Assembly: GCA_965238175.1 (NCBI GenBank)
Contig: CBDEGZ010000003.1
Coordinates: forward strand, 1,312,001-1,376,000
Source of the DNA: Gammaproteobacteria bacterium
Lineage (GTDB): Bacteria; Pseudomonadota; Gammaproteobacteria; CAJXQU01
Length of the DNA stretch: 64,000 bases
Direction of reading: 5' to 3'
Part shown: piece after piece, positions 33,423 to 43,401 of the stretch
Layout of the letters: each line of letters begins with the position of its first letter
Numbering within the stretch: the first letter of the stretch is position 1
Made by a program: the position numbers and the translations under genes
Notes under the pieces: model-generated
The model's input: only the letters and a program-made list of their open reading frames with translations
Database searches by the model: none
Told to the model about the DNA's origin: nothing

Positions 33423-33860
33423 TTAATTACGATCTCTATGGGTTATAGCAACTTGATATTCTTTATATCCTTTTTCAAAGGCTTCATCACTAAATAAAGC
33501 AATATATTTTGTCAGATCCAATTTAATACCACTCAGTTTTAATCGAGGTGAATTAAGTCTTTTTAGAGTGTTATTGACCATTTTAAATAGTCCGCCTCTT
33601 TCGCTCCGTACTTTATTTTTGATTTCGATTCCTTCTTTTGATAGGCGCATATTTGTTCCTTTTATTTCAATCAACCCCTTAGTGATTAATTTTTTGAATC
33701 CTTGTCGAAGTTCTTCAGGAAGGAAAATGGCGTGATTTACCATATCTCCTGCAGCAATAATTTGCGACAGGTCTATGGGCTTAAAACTAGTGCCATAATC
33801 CATGATGGCAACAAAAAACCATGCGTCACTTCGGTCAAAATACGTCGGGCTATCAGTCAT
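33423..33860 (-). CDS. Hypothetical protein, winged-helix-like
   Basis: SDAWFF, IIAAGDMVNHAI..EELRQG..KL...GLI. Confidence 0.65.
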   Translation of the reverse strand: MTDSPTYFDRSDAWFFVAIMDYGTSFKPIDLSQIIAAGDMVNHAIFLPEELRQGFKKLITKGLIEIKGTNMRLSKEGIEIKNKVRSERGGLFKMVNNTLKRLNSPRLKLSGIKLDLTKYIALFSDEAFEKGYKEYQVAITHRDRN

Positions 33861-33878
33861 TTCTTAATTATTTAGTTT

Positions 33879-34499
33879 TCATCCATAACCGTTGGTAAGC
33901 AATAGATGTAATTCGTCATCTGCTTTAAAGGCTAAGGCTAAATCTCGGCCACCGTTTTCAAAATACCCCAAAACAGTGTAGCCAGATCTTTCATCTTCTC
34001 CTACCGTGTTTAGAAAATCAGGTTTTATGTTGTAGGCTTGCCAATTTTCATCCATTATATCCAGCATATCAATCAGATCTGTTGCCAGTTTTTCAGCTTC
34101 ATCTTTTGGCAGTGTTTTCACTGTTGAGTGGGTACTGGAAAAAACTTTTTTTCCACCAATAAGAATGTCGGTCAACAACTCGATTACCTGCACTTTTGTG
34201 GGTTGTTTAATGGTAAACCCCGTATTGCCATTCCATATGTTTCCAGGCCTTTGTAATAAAACTGGGATAGGTGGTTCTTGCAGGTCTGAAAAAATTAACT
34301 GTGAATAGTGTGTCCAACCTCGTTCAACATCTTGTTTAACGATCTCATAATGAAAACTCCCAGTTTTCAGGTGTTGAATTAATGTTCTTGTGATGTCAAA
34401 TTCCTCATCTTCAAGAATATCCAAAGTGATCCAAAAGGTATTGGAATTGACGACGGTGTCTAGTTCATCTAAAAGTTTATTTCTTAATTTTCGATCCAT
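33879..34499 (-). CDS. Hypothetical protein
   Basis: 206-aa ORF co-oriented in the array. Confidence 0.65.
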   Translation of the reverse strand: MDRKLRNKLLDELDTVVNSNTFWITLDILEDEEFDITRTLIQHLKTGSFHYEIVKQDVERGWTHYSQLIFSDLQEPPIPVLLQRPGNIWNGNTGFTIKQPTKVQVIELLTDILIGGKKVFSSTHSTVKTLPKDEAEKLATDLIDMLDIMDENWQAYNIKPDFLNTVGEDERSGYTVLGYFENGGRDLALAFKADDELHLLLTNGYG

Positions 34500-34543
34500 A
34501 ATTTGACTAGGTTTTAATTTCTGATTTGTGAAAAAAATAAAAG

Positions 34544-34870
34544 TTAATTCTTTTCCGGAAATCTTGGTAAATCGCCCATATAGGGATATTCAACACCTTC
34601 GTGTTCTTTAATTAGTTTAAATTCTTCTAGTTTTCCATCATTCAAAACGGCTTGCGCATGAAAGCCAGTGTCACACTTTTGACATACGGTGTAGGCCTCT
34701 CCAAACTGAATTCCCTCAGGGGTAAAATGCGTATAGCGAAAATCTATCTCATCACCGATTTTATAGTTTATTACATCTAAATAGCCAAAATACATTTGAA
34801 ATTCTACCAGGGTCGTTTTCTCACATTTTGGATAAATTATCTTTTCATAAGTGTAGTTGTACATTCCCAT
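34544..34870 (-). CDS. Hypothetical protein (MGMY-start, Cys pair)
   Basis: 108-aa ORF. Confidence 0.6.
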   Translation of the reverse strand: MGMYNYTYEKIIYPKCEKTTLVEFQMYFGYLDVINYKIGDEIDFRYTHFTPEGIQFGEAYTVCQKCDTGFHAQAVLNDGKLEEFKLIKEHEGVEYPYMGDLPRFPEKN

Positions 34871-35027
34871 ATAACTTAAACCCTTAATTGTACGTTTATT
34901 TTACTTCTGATTTATTAGGCCAATCATAATATTTTTTTAAATATTTCTTTCATTTAGAATGTTTCTTCAAATAAGACCCAACATATTCTTATAAGATTCT
35001 TTGTTTTTCATACGCTAATTTCAAACA

Positions 35028-35411
35028 TTAATTATCTTCTTTCATCACTTCTTCGATTTTTGCTATAAAACTTAACCACTTTAGCCGTCTCTTGCATTGC
35101 GGACAAAATTTATCTTTCTCCAACGATGGTTTTTCAATCAATTTAACTATTTCAAAATCATAGTAGTCTATTCGAGTGCGATCTTTAAAACCAAACGCTT
35201 CTGGGCGATATGCACCAAAATCGACAGCACAAAAATTACATAACTGTAATTCTAACCCCTTGTAAACTTTGTAAATGCTATAGCTATGCTGCCCTTCTTT
35301 GAAGTGTTCAATCTCATGTTCAAAATTGCCACAATCATGACAGGGCGCACAACTAATTACTATCAATTCGGAATAGCATATAGGACATTGTTCTTTGTTC
35401 TTCGGTTTCAT
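35028..35411 (-). CDS. Cys-rich hypothetical protein (four CxxC)
   Basis: CPIC, CHDC, CNFC, CPQC; decayed paralog at 48286-48650. Confidence 0.7.
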   Translation of the reverse strand: MKPKNKEQCPICYSELIVISCAPCHDCGNFEHEIEHFKEGQHSYSIYKVYKGLELQLCNFCAVDFGAYRPEAFGFKDRTRIDYYDFEIVKLIEKPSLEKDKFCPQCKRRLKWLSFIAKIEEVMKEDN

Positions 35412-35494
35412 CTTCGGGTTTTGATTTTTCTAAATCATCAAAATATCTGATTTTAAATAAACTGTTCTACTTGAAATGAATTCTGGATTGTTGC

Positions 35495-36295
35495 TCAGTT
35501 CTTTTCAATTTCATACCACCATAACGAGTATTCCTGTTCCGTTTTATTATGGGATTTAGTTACAGCATCTTGAAAACCTGAAAGCCCAACTTCTCCTTTA
35601 TCAACATTCAAGGTCGGTGTAGTGCTTTGTTTTACCAATTCTTTCATTTTAGCAATTACTTCAGGTCTGTTTCTTTCTTCTTCGTTGATACAATCTGAGT
35701 AATCCAATGAAAATAATTTTTCTATATCTTCCTTGTTGGCTTGAATGTATGTTGGAAAGGAATAATAAAAAAAATCCTTGGTGTATAAAGAGTTCTTATC
35801 AGGGGTTACTAATTGCCTCCCCCCATCATCACTAACATCAAATAGATAAGCATCTGAAAGACTTCCTGGGGCTATTGAGAGGGTAAAATCTGTGACTTTA
35901 CTGTCTTTACTTCGAATACAACTTTCAAGCTTTTCACGCCATATTTTTTTAAATTCGAATTCCCCTCCCTTCATCCATTTATTATATTCCATGTCATTCA
36001 TAGTCACTATTTTTTCACGTCCTGTACTATCTATCTCCCTGGTAACGGCTACGGCTATACTCGGAAAATAAATTCTAAAGCGAGACATCTTGTTATCAGG
36101 AGCGAAAGTTGGGAGCGTTAAAAAAATATTTTTTGCATTTTTTAAGGAATCAATTTTTTCTTCTATTTTACTTCTAATACCAATTATATCTTTCTGTTTA
36201 ACTGGAACGGCATGATCGGCTAAAGTGCCTATGTCAAAACTTTTGAGTAACGCAAATGTTTGGTTTTTAATTAATACATTATTCTTATAGAGGCT
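35495..36295 (-). pseudogene. Hypothetical protein, 5' end removed by IS3
   Basis: Frame of ORF 35495-36088 appears to stay open upstream to the IS3 boundary. Confidence 0.55.
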
Positions 36296-37558
36296 TGAGG
36301 TTGCAACACTTTAACGGAGCAAATAACTAAGGGGCATTTGCCCGCTCAAATTCTACAGGGCTAACATAGCCTAAATAAGAATGCCTCCGTCTTCGATTAT
36401 AAAACACTTCAATATAGTGAAATAGGCTTTGTTTGGCATCGCTACGTGTTCGATAATCCTCATCATCAACCAACTCTGTTTTGAGGCTGCCGAAGAAACT
36501 TTCAGCGACCGCATTATCATGGCATTCACCTTTTCGGCTCATACTACAAAGGAAGCCATTATCTTTAATGAGCTTTCGATAATCACCCGAGGCATAAGTG
36601 CTGCCTTGGTCGGAATGGACAATCACATCTTTTGCCTTGTCTCTGCGTGACAGCGACATCGTTAACGCATCAGTGACTAGCTTGGTGTCATTACGCTCAG
36701 ACATCGCCCAGCCAATAATTTGCCGTGAATACAAGTCCATCATGGTAGCCAAATATAACCAACCTTGCCGAGTACGAATAAAGGTCGTGTCAGCTACCCA
36801 GGCTTTATTTGTTTCATTGACACGAAATTCACGTTTGAGCCTATCGGGTGCAGGTGCTGTGGTATTTTTTGAATTGGTTGTAATCACAAACCGTTTGGCC
36901 ATCTTCGATTGAATGCCAGCAGTCTTCATCAAACGTGCAACACGCGGTCGACTTACTTTTTCACCTGAATCGAGTAGGTCTCGATGTATCCGAGGTGAAC
37001 CATAACGCTTAAAACTAGCTTGATGAAAACATCTTATTTTCGTCAGTAACCGTTGATTCGTTGAGTGTGTCTTACTTTGAGGCCTGTCTAACCAATCATA
37101 ATAACCACTGACTGAGACAGTCAGGGTGCGACATAATAACGACACAGAGTGATGGCGACGTTGTATTTTAATAAAGGCGTACTTCACTTGAGTTCGCCTG
37201 CAAAGTACACCGCGGCCTTTTTTAATATCTCAACTTCCTCCTTCAGCCGTGCATTATCTTGGCGTAAGGTGGTGAGTTCACTTTGTGCTTCTTTCTTAGG
37301 CCTTCCACGTTGTTCTGGGAATGCAGTATCACCTTTGTCGGTCAGTTGTTCTTTCCATTTATAGAGCTGATTACGCCGTATACCAAGTTCAGCGGCAATC
37401 TCAGATGACGGTTTATCTGATTGCTCCATCAAGCGTAACGCTTCTAGTTTGAATTCTCGGGTATAGGTTTTGTATGGTTTTCTGTTGCTGGTCATTTGGA
37501 TACTCCTAAAGGCATATTGTCGCCTATTTAATGTATCCGTTAAAATGTAGCAGGTTCA
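36296..37558 (-). mobile_element. IS3-family element, copy 2 (1263 bp), no target duplication
   Basis: Same ends and ORFs (36327-37187, 37184-37495) as copy 1. Confidence 0.95.
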
Positions 37559-37907
37559 AAATGACCTCTTTTTTTCTTTCACGAACATTCATCGATAGCG
37601 TATACGAGGTTGGGAACATCATTAAAATTAAGCAATGATAAAACTCAAAAAAATCATATATATCTGATTGCTCCATCAAGCGTAACGCTTCTAGTTTGAA
37701 TTCTCGGGTATAGGTTTTGTATGGTTTTCTGTTGCTGGTCATTTGGATACTCCTAAAGGCATATTGTCGCCTATTTAATGTATCCGTTAAAATGTAGCAG
37801 GTTCAAAATGACCTCTTTTTTTCTTTCACGAACATTCATCGATAGCGTATACGAGGTTGGGAACATCATTAAAATTAAGCAATGATAAAACTCAAAAAAA
37901 TCATATA
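37414..37907. repeat. 247-bp tandem duplication including the IS3 left end
   Basis: Units 37414-37660 and 37661-37907; second IS3 left end terminates at 37805. Confidence 0.9.
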
Positions 37908-37939
37908 AAATAAGTGACTTTTAAAACAGCTATAAGCAA

Positions 37940-38532
37940 ATGAAAAACCCACACAGAACAGATATTCAACAGCTTATTTTAATGCTGGGGCCCGCACTGA
38001 TTTTTGGTAGCGTACTGCTTATTAAAGCGTTTTATTTTATAGATGATTTCACTAAATATGCACTACTTTTATCATTATCACTGGCCCCTTAACCCTCTAT
38101 GCTTTAATCCTGCTTTACAATCGGTTCAAGTTGAAGTTTATTGGAATCATTGTTCTCAATATCCTGATCATGATCGGATATTTCAAAGGGATATCAGCTA
38201 TGCTTTACTCTCCTAGCCCTAATATGGGAGGAGCTGCCTTAGGGGCTTTCCTATTATTTGGTGCTGTTGTGATTCATTTTATAATCTTTGCGTATTTTGT
38301 TTGGTTTTTTAGAAGGAAAAAACGAAAATCAAAAGACATAAAAGAGGATTTAACCGACTTTCCTTTAGTGAAGGTTGTAATTCCAAAGGGGATTTCATTG
38401 GCTTTTATTATCCTGTTTTTTTATTTACGCTCTGTCAGATTTTATGAAGGTATTAAACTGATTTTATTTTCATTTCCAAAATGCTACAGGGTTTATCACT
38501 TGCGAAAATCGCAGTTAAAATCAACGTTATAA
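37940..38532 (+). pseudogene. Frameshifted membrane protein
   Basis: ATG 37940 (MKNPHRT...SLAP*) joins ORF 38131-38532 if one base is added in the C run near 38085. Confidence 0.55.
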
Positions 38533-38634
38533 ATTTAACTCTTTAGCAAGGTTGAAAAGTTGGAATTATGCTTTGCTTGACACTTATGAGTTGACATATA
38601 ATTTGTAAAACAGAATTTTTTAAATGCATATAAA

Positions 38635-40479
38635 ATGAAAGAATTTTTTAAACTTAACAACATCGAAGTTGGTTTTGCCAACCATTCCGAAGTTTCTATT
38701 CAGAAAGGGAAGTTGAGTATTAACCTGCTTACGCCCAATTTAAAAATAACTCCGGAGCTTCATAACGGAATGTTAGACAGTGAAGAAGTGAACGTAGACT
38801 ATATTAGCTATGCAACAAGTTTGGCTATACCTGAAGGGAAATACAACACCCAGCTCGACTGCCCAGAAGACACCCCAAACGCAAACGTTTTTAATTTTCC
38901 GGAAAATGTTAATTTTTATGGTGTTCTTGATGTTCAAGAAGGGTATATACATCTAAAAGGTGAGTTAAGAAGCCGATATAGTCGTCGAACTATCCCCGTA
39001 GAAATAGTAAAGCAGTTTGATCCCAAACCCTTAATTCCTCCAAGAACCAGATTTAATTTAGGCGATGCAAAAATACAAGAGCCTCTAGAAGTCTATGAAT
39101 TAATCGTTCGGAAAGGCCGTCTAAATGAATTCCCAATGGAGATTTTAGCCTTTGAGAACTTGGAGAGTTTAGAGATTGAAGTTTCGTCCTGGCAGGGAGA
39201 CAAAAGCAGTGATTTTTCAGAAATCCCAGAAGCACTTTTTGAGTTAAAAAATCTACATACGCTATCCATTTCGGGAAGTAACATTAAAACACTTTCAGAA
39301 AAAGTAAGTGCACTCACAAAACTAGAAGAACTTCGTCTCTGCTACACTCAATTAAAAAGCCTACCCAATTCGCTATGTGATCTAAAGCGGTTACAATATT
39401 TGTCGTTGGACTGTAACGAGCTGGTTTCGCTGCCCGAAAATATCGGTTATCTTCCTGATTTAGAAGATCTCAGAATTGGATATAATCCGTTTACCTCATT
39501 ACCAAAATCGCTTACAGAAATTTCCAATATTAATCTTGAAGGGAAGCATAAAAAACTATTTTTAGATACTGCTTACAAAAGCAAGAATAAAAACGAAATA
39601 AATGAAAGTTTATTTAACCTGTTTAATCATCCCACACACAAAACTGCATTAGAAAAGGCTATACAAACAACGCCAGAATTAAAGAATTACAAAGATTTTT
39701 TATTGAATTGCAGCACACTAGCCACCTGTTTGGTGCCTGGAGATAAGCAAAAAGTAATTTCTGTTGGCGCTTCAAAAACCGGCGGAAGTCCAGATTTACC
39801 AAAAGGCTGGAAGCATCCCGCTGATCAAAATGGCAATTTTTATCTTTTTCATACGCAGATAAATTGCGAAGAAATAGGTCCTTATCAAAACTATCTGCCG
39901 AGAAAAGGGATGTTATACTTCTTTGTGAGTGACGAAGAATATGTCGAAGAGCCTTTGGTATTGTACTCAGAAGATGAAAACTTAGTCCGCATCCACTACA
40001 ACGAAGAAACAACATTTGTATTTTGTGATGACGTAGATGATGATGAATATAGAAACGAATTAGCCGTCAGCTTTCGAAACCATATATCTATTCCCGAATT
40101 TTATAACATCAAAAAAAATGCAACTGAAAGATTTCCGAAATATGCTCAATTCCTAAAAGATCAAGCAACACGTGACTTAGAAAACTTGAGGAATTTTGAT
40201 CAATTTGAACAATTCAATAAACACATTGATTTACTCCCTATTGATGGTGAACGAATGCATAGCATCAACAGTTTCGTCTTCACACAAGGTGAAACCCCAC
40301 AAGAACAAGCGGCAGACAAATTTGGCGGCGAGCCAACGGAATGGCTTGTGCTACTCAACATGGAAACTACGGGGGAGTTTATGTTTGGGGATGCAGGTAC
40401 ACTAACGTATTGCATGCATAAAAAAGACCTGGAAATTAAAGATTTTTCTAGAATTTATGCCAGCATAGAAAGTGGCTGA
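38635..40479 (+). CDS. Leucine-rich-repeat protein fused to a DUF1963/YwqG domain
   Basis: LKNLHTLSI, LTKLEELRL, LKRLQYLSL, LPDLEDLRI; GASKTGGSPDLP, FMFGDAGTL. Confidence 0.85.
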   Translation: MKEFFKLNNIEVGFANHSEVSIQKGKLSINLLTPNLKITPELHNGMLDSEEVNVDYISYATSLAIPEGKYNTQLDCPEDTPNANVFNFPENVNFYGVLDVQEGYIHLKGELRSRYSRRTIPVEIVKQFDPKPLIPPRTRFNLGDAKIQEPLEVYELIVRKGRLNEFPMEILAFENLESLEIEVSSWQGDKSSDFSEIPEALFELKNLHTLSISGSNIKTLSEKVSALTKLEELRLCYTQLKSLPNSLCDLKRLQYLSLDCNELVSLPENIGYLPDLEDLRIGYNPFTSLPKSLTEISNINLEGKHKKLFLDTAYKSKNKNEINESLFNLFNHPTHKTALEKAIQTTPELKNYKDFLLNCSTLATCLVPGDKQKVISVGASKTGGSPDLPKGWKHPADQNGNFYLFHTQINCEEIGPYQNYLPRKGMLYFFVSDEEYVEEPLVLYSEDENLVRIHYNEETTFVFCDDVDDDEYRNELAVSFRNHISIPEFYNIKKNATERFPKYAQFLKDQATRDLENLRNFDQFEQFNKHIDLLPIDGERMHSINSFVFTQGETPQEQAADKFGGEPTEWLVLLNMETTGEFMFGDAGTLTYCMHKKDLEIKDFSRIYASIESG

Positions 40480-40505
40480 AAAAACTACTTCTTTAAAGAT
40501 AAACA

Positions 40506-41008
40506 ATGAAAAAAGCGAATATCAATTCAATTCCTGCGCTTATCAATTGGTTTGGGGTTAAGTAAATCGAACTGTATGACTACTATGATTCCTAGCTTCA
40601 GATTACATTAATTATTTTTGATGCTTTTGAAAAGTTGGTTGCTCTGCTAGTTGAGGCCCATTCAGCGAATGAGGTGCGATATTACAAGATTAAACAACTT
40701 TAGGAATTAGTATTGGAAATGTGCAGAGTGATCTGTTTGGTGGTTTTCAGAAGACTAGACAGAGTTTTGAGTTGTTGGCAGAGAACAGAATAGATTTTAT
40801 CAAAGCAGAAAAAGTTGAAGCGGGAGATGAAGTTCATTTCATCATTAACTTTAGGGGTTCTCCTATTATCGAGTATTTAGCCTTTCTTGAAGTTGATGGA
40901 GAGCTTTGCTTTCAGATACGATTAGCTCTATTTAACTATGAAGACGTAGATTTATTGAAGAAACTCGAAAGCATAAGACGGAAAATAAGGAAACTGAAGG
41001 TTGAATAA
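40506..41008 (+). pseudogene. Decayed hypothetical gene
   Basis: MKKANINSIP start with in-frame stops, residual ORF 40721-41008. Confidence 0.4.
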
Positions 41009-41223
41009 TAGCTCCATGCTATCAAAAACAGCTCAAATTCAACGCTTATAAACTCGCCCCCTCATTTATCAAATGGTTTTAGTAAAATGAATTGATTGAA
41101 TTAGTATTGAATTATAAATAAATGAAACCAATAAATTATTCATTAAAAGAAACTTAAAAAAACATATATTTTATAATTAGCCACTATAGAGAAATGAGCG
41201 CAAAGGAATCTTATTAATTATTA

Positions 41224-42497
41224 CATTGCTGTCCCGTTAAGAACGAATAAAGTAGGCCTGAACTCCGTCTAATTTGTTACAATGAAATCACGACAAGTCA
41301 TTGAAAAACATAAGGAGAACAGGCCATGGCCGATTGTAATACTATCTTCTCACAAATACTAAAAATGATACCGAGACATGAGTTTGAGCCCTTGGCAAAT
41401 CAGCATCACCGTGGTCGTTCGTTTCGAACAGCTTCACGTTGGTCTCAGTTTGTGACACTGGCAATGGCACAATTGTCGGTTCGAAACAGCTTGCGAGATA
41501 TTGTCGAGAACCTGTCAGCTCAAGCGCATCGTCTGTATCATTTGGGTAGTGTAAAATTATCTCGCTCCAATTTGTCCCGTATCAATGAAGATAAACCTTA
41601 CACACTTTATGAGGCCTTGTTTGGTAAATTGTTAGCACGTTGTCAGGGGTTAACGCCAGGACAATCTTTCCGTTTTAAAAACACATTGTATTCATTGGAT
41701 GCCTCTACGATTGACCTGTGTTTATCCGTTTTCCCGTGGGCTGACTTTCGTACAACGAAAGGCGCGATAAAGCTGCATGTTGAATTGAACCATTCAGGTT
41801 ATTTACCCGAGTTTGTCCCGGTAACGGAAGGGAAAACACATGACGTGACGGTGGGTCGCACACTGTCTTTTCCCAAGGGAAGTATTGTCGCTATTGATAG
41901 AGCGTACAATGACGATGCCTGGTATAAGCAATTGACAGACAAGGGGATATTCTTTGTAACGCGCCTCAAAACGCATGCTAAATATCGTGTGATAGGTCGG
42001 AGCGATGTTTTGAAAAGCAAAGGACTGACGTGTGACCAAACCATTGAATTCACCGGGTTCCAAACCGCAAAAAAATGCCCTGCTCAGTTACGTCGTATTG
42101 GTTATCGTGACCCGAAAACAGGGAAACACGATGTGTTTCTCACCAATAATTTTACACTTGCAGCGAAAACGATTGCTGATATTTATAAAGCACGTTGGCA
42201 AGTGTAATTATTTTTTAAATGGATAAAACAAAACCTTAAAATCAAATCATTCATCGGCACAAGTAAGAATGCGGTGATGACACAGGTATGGATAGCAATG
42301 TGCATTTACTTACTGATGGTATTCATCAAATTTCAGTCCAGACTCAAGAAGAGCATGCAACAAATCTTACGTGTATTGCAACGTAATCTCTTTGATAAAC
42401 GGTCGTTGTTAGCGTTGTTGCAAGACGACCCGTTACCCGATGAGATAAATACAGTTCAGCAATTGGTATTGGTTTGAAAGTTAACGGGACAGCAGTG
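41224..42497 (+). mobile_element. IS4-family element, full length (1274 bp), transposase inactivated
   Basis: IRs CATTGCTGTCCCGTTAA / TTAACGGGACAGCAGTG. Confidence 0.93.
41326..42477 (+). pseudogene. IS4 transposase with nonsense codon at the catalytic Glu
   Basis: YKARWQV*LFFKWIKQN: TAA at 42205-42207 replaces the E of the Y-R-E-K signature; frame continues to 42477. Confidence 0.9.
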
Positions 42498-42600
42498 ATT
42501 GCCAGATATAAACTCTTTTCTTGTTACAGTGTTTACCGGTGTTCTAATGTTTGTAGAATATACAATTAGATTTGGCTTGCTTTCCAGTAATAACCTTTAA
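42498..42600 (+). pseudogene. 3' half of the membrane-protein gene begun at 17024
   Basis: ATTGCCAGA target-duplication copy, then LPDINSFLVTVFTGVLMFVEYTIRFGLLSSNNL*. Confidence 0.65.
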
Positions 42601-42793
42601 TGACACCCTTAGTTTTTTATGTGGTTCACTAAGTGTCTTCGGAGTATTATTTGTTCGAAAGTCGGTGGTTTCAGAATTAAAACGAATTAGAAATAGAGGC
42701 CTGAGACTGAGAGGTAAATGTGAAATAGTTTAGAGTCAGGTCTTTTCATATCGGATTACTTATTCAGTTTAATCGCAAAATATAAATCTAAAA

Positions 42794-42812
42794 AAATGAG
42801 GTCGTACTCTAA
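42794..42812. repeat. 19-bp inverted repeat, right copy (partner at 16992-17010)
   Basis: AAATGAGGTCGTACTCTAA. Confidence 0.7.
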
Positions 42813-42813
42813 G

Positions 42814-42972
42814 CCTTTTAAGAAAAATTATAGGGCTTGCTGAGTGACTAACATCAATCCAATGGTGACTTAACCAACTGCACGACAACAAAACTAGTCT
42901 CCTGGCATACAACAATGATTGTAATGCTTTTTACTCCCACAGGGGTAAGCGACTTTTTTCGTGGTTTAATAT
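42814..42972. repeat. Diverged ~160-bp direct repeat of 45659-45816 (3' end of the MtfA/SEC-C gene plus downstream DNA)
   Basis: Shared TTATAGGGCTTGCTGAGTGACTAACATCAATC and CCTGGCATACAACAATG...TTTTTACTCCCACAGGGG. Confidence 0.9.
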
Positions 42973-43201
42973 GGCATGTTTGATTGGCTGGGGTTTGGGA
43001 ATAGCTGGTGACAAAAGCTAACGAAAAGAGGTGACGTATTTATTTTACGAGCCATTATTACGGACTATTTGTGGAAAATAAATCTGACTCCAAATATTCG
43101 TATGGATAAGCTTTTCTTTCTGCTCCTTTAAAATAGTCCATATTATGTTCGATTTCTAGATCCATAATTTTTCCTTTCATTAAAATCTGCTTCTCACTTT
43201 T

Positions 43202-43394
43202 CTCTGAAGGTTAGCGATGATAATATCGCTCTTTAAGGAGGAAGGCCGTGTTCAAAACACTGCAGAAGTCAGAGCACCGTTAGTTATCCCTATTCACATA
43301 GGTTATCGAAACAGTTTAGCTCGCTTTCTGGTTGGTTTGTCTCGAGCTTTTTGTTAATTAGTCAGAAACATAAATGTGTAGATACTTAGGGATA
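43202..43394 (+). promoter_or_regulatory. Candidate structured cis-regulatory leader (riboswitch-like)
   Basis: P1 CTCTGA/TCAGAG encloses hairpins AGCGAT/ATCGCT and GCCGTGTT/AACACTGC; anti-RBS TATCCCTA/TAGGGATA. Confidence 0.4.
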
Positions 43395-43401
43395 CTTTAA
43401 A

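Noticed and set aside
37524-37742. Independent 72-aa gene
   Set aside because: It is a chimera of the IS3 orfA start and flanking DNA produced by the 247-bp duplication
43206-43280. Canonical cobalamin or glycine riboswitch call
   Set aside because: Only partial word matches; it lacks the GCAACTGT/GGGAAG core (cobalamin) and CCGAAG/CUCUCAGG (glycine), so it is kept only as a candidate variant
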